In this document: piece after piece, positions 11,898 through 15,741 of the stretch
Numbering within the stretch: position 1 is the first letter of the stretch
Layout of the letters: every line of letters begins with the position of its first letter
Assembly: GCA_964247055.1 (NCBI GenBank)
Contig: CAXTSY010000018.1
Span: 1 to 15,741, forward strand
From: Paragordius varius
Taxonomy: Eukaryota; Animalia; Nematomorpha
Length of the DNA stretch: 15,741 nucleotides
Reading direction: 5' to 3'
Notes under the pieces: model-generated
What the model was told of the DNA's origin: nothing
Databases searched by the model: none
What the model saw: the letters and a program-made list of their open reading frames with translations, nothing else
Program-made: the position numbers and the translations under genes

Positions 11898-12410
11898 CAA
11901 TTCAAATTTACCTTTGAACAATTCAAATTCATCCTTGAACAGTTCAAATTAACCCTTAAAGAGTTCAAATTCACCCTTAAACGATTCACATTAATCCTTT
12001 TTAAAAATTCCAAATTTATTCTTAAACAATTCAAATTCCCTTTCTAGAAACAATTCAAATTCACCCTTAAAAAATATTTAACCTAAAAAATATGTTTAAG
12101 GGCTAATATCTACCATTTACAGTTTAGATTCATTCTTGAACAAATTAAAATCACTTCCTCGAAAAATTCAAAATCACACTTGAATAATTCAATTTTACAT
12201 TTGATATAAAATCATCTGTTTACAGGCAGCTTTTATAACTCATTATTAATATGAAATATATACTTTTTTAAGTTTTTTTAAAAATTATGATAATTTTAAA
12301 AGATATTTCATTTTTTAAAAAAAAAACATATATAAAAAATATGGATAATTTTTATAATCTAAAAAACATAATTTATTTGAGGGTGAATTCGAATTGTTAC
12401 AGGGTTAATT
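11898..12410. mobile_element. Second, asymmetric copy of the minisatellite-armed foldback element
   Basis: Same ~20 bp unit on + at 11898-12200. The core is homologous to that of 5255-6270 (CTCATTATTAA..TGAAA..ATAT; AATTTATTTGAGGGTGAATT), followed by a short inverted arm at about 12375-12410. Confidence 0.6.
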
Positions 12411-13643
12411 TAATTTTTTAAATTTAATTACCTTATTTATAAATTTTATTAAAAAAAATCTTAAATTAATTAATATTTATTAGAATAAATATAAACAATT
12501 ATTATATATATATATATATATATATATTCGACACATACATACATTCACATAAAAATACAAATCAGCTGTGATAATGAAATTAGCATATAAAGAAAAAAAC
12601 ATATGTTTGCAAATAAAATTAATTATATTTATATAAACTAAATAATTAATATATAAAATTTTTATTTATAAAATATTTAATTATAAAAACTTATAAATAT
12701 TAAAGAAAAACAGCTGTAATTAAGATTTTGAAGCACATATGATAAAATGAATGGCAAATCATATATTTATAATTTTTTAAACTATATAAATGGAGAAAAA
12801 TAACTAAATTTATAAAAAAAATTATATATATATATAAACACAATTAATAGTATAAATAAATAATTTTTAAATATAATTTTTAATTTATTTCAGAACATAA
12901 ATTCAAAAGAAAATCACATTTTTAAAAATAAAAAATATCAAATAAAGAAAACATGATAAATTAATATGTTTGATCCCGTAAAAATTCGTTAAATATGGAA
13001 TTTTCTAGAATTATATATCAAATGTGTATTATTTTGAAAAAAAATGTTGACAAATAATTAAAGAGTTTGGATGAATGAATGACTTAAATCAGGTGTTGGC
13101 GCGAATAAAGCACCATATGTAAAAATATATTTAATTTTGAAATTTTTACCAATCAGATGTTTTTAATCCACAAATGGTTGCGTGAATGAATGATATTTTT
13201 ATTTTTTAATTTTAACCGCTTTTGTTAATATTTTATGAAACGAAGTTTCCAATATTCATCAGCTGTGCAAGAACATATGGTTTTTTTAATCCAAAATTTA
13301 GGCTTTATAATGAAAGTTATAAAATTATCAGCTGTTTTAGACATGTGAGCGCATGAATGAATGTATAAATGAATGAATGAGCCAAAGATATCTGGTTTGT
13401 TGTAATTTTCGGTTTTGTGTAAAAATAAAGATTGGTCCTTTTTCATTTTTTTTCTAAAAAATATATAAATAATTTAATTAAAAATAAATTATTTTGGTTT
13501 TTTTGTTGTTTGAAAAAATTAATATTTAAATACTTAAAATCAGCAAATTATTTGAAAAACTCGGTAGACTTATCCTATTTTTTAAATTATTATATAAAAA
13601 TATGCTCAGATGCATGATTGCAAAACAAAAATCACATGATTAA

Positions 13644-13706
13644 TCATGTCTTGGAAACGAGCATTATACTAACAATAACTCCGTAAAGACCCAAAACTTT
13701 CGAAAA
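13644..13706 (-). pseudogene. V-ATPase c 3'-end copy 7 (most distal, most degenerate)
   Basis: Translates [20 protein letters not shown], with A>S, E>K, L>V and K>T versus the native exon. Confidence 0.85.
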
Positions 13707-13844
13707 AAATAAAAATCTTAACTTTTTAAAAATAATAAAATTTTCTTATACAGCTGTTTTTTACACCTGATTTTTATGCATGAATGTAGCACATGTTAAT
13801 TTGACTGTTTAATACCATCTGATTTCATAAAATCACCTGATTAA

Positions 13845-13925
13845 TTATTTCTTGGAAACAAGCATAATACTAACAATTAGTCCGTATAACCCCAAAACTT
13901 CAGCATAAATAAGTAAAAGAATCAT
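13845..13925 (-). pseudogene. V-ATPase c 3'-end copy 6
   Basis: Translates [26 protein letters not shown], with I>L and F>Y plus 7 synonymous codon differences (including the stop). Confidence 0.9.
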
Positions 13926-14058
13926 ATTTTAAGACAAATTGATATGAAACAGCTGTTTATGTAATTTAAATATTTTCAAAAATGCATAAATATAAACATT
14001 TTTCCCCATTTTAATGCATGAATGATTAAACATATCTATTGATAAATCACCTGATTAA

Positions 14059-14139
14059 TCATTTCTTGGAAACCAGCATTATACTAACAATTAGTCCGTA
14101 TAGACCCAACACTTTAGCAATAATAAGTATAAGAATCAT
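14059..14139 (-). pseudogene. V-ATPase c 3'-end copy 5
   Basis: Translates [26 protein letters not shown], with F>I and E>K plus 6 synonymous differences. Confidence 0.9.
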
Positions 14140-14294
14140 ATTTTATGACAAATCTGATACATTTTAAATATAAAACAGCTGTTTATGTAATATTTTCAAA
14201 AAGTGCATAAATATAAACATAAGTTAACACTTGTTTTTAGGAATGAATCAAGAAACACATGTTAATAATTAAATGTACAAAATCACCTGTTCAA

Positions 14295-14360
14295 TTATTT
14301 CTTGGAAACGAGCATAATACTAACAATTAGTCCGTATAATCCCAAAACTTCAGCAAAAAT
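14295..14360 (-). other. V-ATPase c 3'-end copy 4 (protein-identical)
   Basis: Translates [21 protein letters not shown], with 8 synonymous codon differences (including the stop) and 0 amino-acid changes. Confidence 0.92.
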
Positions 14361-14528
14361 ATTTAACTTTTTTTCGAAAAAAATCAATTTTTATCTCAAG
14401 CATGGTTAATAAAAAAATAATGAATCGACAGCTGTTTATTTTTACACCTGTTTTTATGCATGAATGTAAATACAAATGCTAAATCAACTTTTTAATATCA
14501 TCTGATTTTATTAAATCACCTGATTTAA

Positions 14529-14597
14529 TCATTTCTTGGAAACGAGCATTATACTAACAATAAGTCCGTATAGCCCCAACACTTCGGCAAAAATAAG
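14529..14597 (-). other. V-ATPase c 3'-end copy 3 (protein-identical)
   Basis: Translates [22 protein letters not shown], with 6 synonymous differences and 0 amino-acid changes. Confidence 0.92.
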
Positions 14598-14753
14598 AAG
14601 ATGAATTTTAATTTTTTTAAAAATGTAATTTCCATCTACTTCGTTAAATAATAACAAATCCTAATTCTTAAACAGCTGTTTATACCTGATTCTTTAAAAC
14701 ATATGTTCAGATGTATGAATGATTAAACATATCTATTGATAAATCACCTGTTT

Positions 14754-14828
14754 TCATTTCTTGGAAACAAGCATTATACTAACAATTAGTCCGTATAGAC
14801 CCAACACTTCAGCAAAAATAAGAATTAA
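14754..14828 (-). other. V-ATPase c 3'-end copy 2 (protein-identical)
   Basis: Translates [24 protein letters not shown], with 5 synonymous differences in the last 22 codons, 2 more upstream, and 0 amino-acid changes. Confidence 0.92.
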
Positions 14829-15013
14829 ACTTTTTTTAAAAAATATAAATTCTTATCTTAACTTATATAGGTTAAAAAAATAAATCGATAGTCAAAATTA
14901 ATGATTTAACAGCCTTTTTACACGTGATTCTTATAAAACATATGCTGGCACTTATTTTTAGGAATGAATGCAAAACACATGTTTTATTATTAATTCACCT
15001 GATTTTAATCCAA

Positions 15014-15091
15014 TTATTTCTTGGAAACCAACATAATACTAACAATTAGTCCGTATAGCCCCAATACTTCCGCAAAAATAAGTATAAGAAT
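15014..15091 (-). other. V-ATPase c 3'-end copy 1 (protein-identical)
   Basis: Translates [25 protein letters not shown], with 9 synonymous codon differences (including TGA>TAA) and 0 amino-acid changes. Confidence 0.92.
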
Positions 15092-15249
15092 TATTTTAAA
15101 TTTATAATTTTAAGACAAATCGGATATATTTGAGATATAACTGTTTCTAAAATTATTAAATTTTTAAAAAGTGCATAAATATAAACATATGCTTCCCCCT
15201 TTTAATGCATGAATGTAAAAACATATGATTAAATAAATCACCTGATTAA

Positions 15250-15389
15250 TCATTTCTTGGAAACAAGCATTATACTGACAATAAGTCCGTACAGACCCAA
15301 AACTTCTGCAAAAATAAGTATAAGAATCATTCCCACAAACAAACGAGGTTGTTGTGCTGTTCCACGGACTCCTGCATCTCCAACAATAC
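15250..15389 (-). CDS. ATP6V0C: Terminal coding exon of V-type proton ATPase 16 kDa proteolipid subunit c (upstream exons outside the window)
   Basis: After acceptor tctgtttttAG (AG at 15391-15390, phase 1) it reads (G)[45 protein letters not shown]. This matches the known subunit c C-terminus, including the essential TM4 Glu. A branch-point-like CTGAT lies about 21 nt upstream of the acceptor. Confidence 0.97.
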
Positions 15390-15741
15390 CTAAAAACAGA
15401 TGATAAAAAATCAGGTGATCAATGAATGAATGAAATCAATGTGTAAAAAGCTTGGATTTAAAAAAAATATCTTTAGGATTGTATAGTTTAATAAATAGAT
15501 TTTTACAATCCTAAAAGACTATATATGAATCTTGCTTAAAACATATCGTAAACATGTGATTAGTGAATGAATGGATATGTGTTAATATAAAAATATATTG
15601 ATTAATTTCTCCGTCAAAAATTTATTTGATTAAAAATGGAGAAAAAAGTAAATTTAATTATTTTAAATAAATAACCAGGTGTTTAGAAATGCATTTGATA
15701 ATAATTTAAAACTTATTCTTCAATCCTTAAAACAGGTAATA

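Larger units (their letters stand above)
13630..15110 (-). repeat. Tandem array of seven copies of the V-ATPase subunit c 3' end (last codons, stop and downstream sequence)
   Basis: Minus-strand stops start at + coordinates 15014, 14754, 14529, 14295, 14059, 13845 and 13644; the native stop is at 15250. Spacings are 236, 260, 225, 234, 236, 214 and 201 bp. Confidence 0.95.
12563..15681. promoter_or_regulatory. Dense cluster of E-boxes (CANNTG) and TGAATG motifs; candidate cis-regulatory domain
   Basis: About 45 CANNTG by manual count (CAGCTG, CACCTG/CAGGTG, CATATG, CACATG/CATGTG, CAGATG/CATCTG), plus more than 12 TGAATG-containing sites. Function is inferred only. Confidence 0.45.

Noticed and set aside
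13225-13617. ORFs 13225..13446 (-) and 13432..13617 (+)
   Set aside because: No recognisable homology; composition matches non-coding AT-rich sequence.
13644-15110. Ordinary mutually exclusive alternative terminal exons
   Set aside because: The copies lack the first ~20 codons of the exon, start at different positions, and have no consistent polypyrimidine-AG acceptor. In-frame stops lie just upstream of copies 1 (15110-15112), 5 and 6, with no AG in between for copy 1.
13630-15320. CRISPR array, suggested by the repeat-spacer layout
   Set aside because: The repeat is the reverse complement of a V-ATPase coding end, the spacers are 140-190 bp and related to each other, the context is eukaryotic with an intron, and no cas genes are present.
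13630-15320. Tandem small-RNA genes (SL RNA or snRNA) as the identity of the conserved ~80 bp core
   Set aside because: Variation is concentrated at third codon positions of the minus-strand V-ATPase frame, which identifies the core as coding-derived.

Overview
AT-rich eukaryotic DNA, probably animal (a PLDLS motif plus C2H2 fingers suggests this). From left to right: a decayed C2H2 zinc-finger gene (2-706); three same-strand, 5'-truncated relics of RLE-type non-LTR retrotransposons of the NeSL/Utopia type (about 1.84-3.73 kb); MITE and foldback elements (3.7-6.7 kb and 11.9-12.4 kb); and a ~5 kb compound-microsatellite satellite (6866-11897). At the right end, on the minus strand, is the terminal exon of a V-ATPase proteolipid subunit c gene (15389-15250), which the ORF track misses. 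The main result lies directly downstream of that exon: seven tandem copies of the gene's last 20-27 codons plus stop, spaced 201-260 bp apart. The four proximal copies differ from the real exon at 5-9 of the last 22 codons, all synonymously. The three distal copies carry amino-acid changes, most of them in the outermost copy. The array sits in a ~3.1 kb domain rich in CANNTG and TGAATG motifs. All alignments and counts were done by eye.
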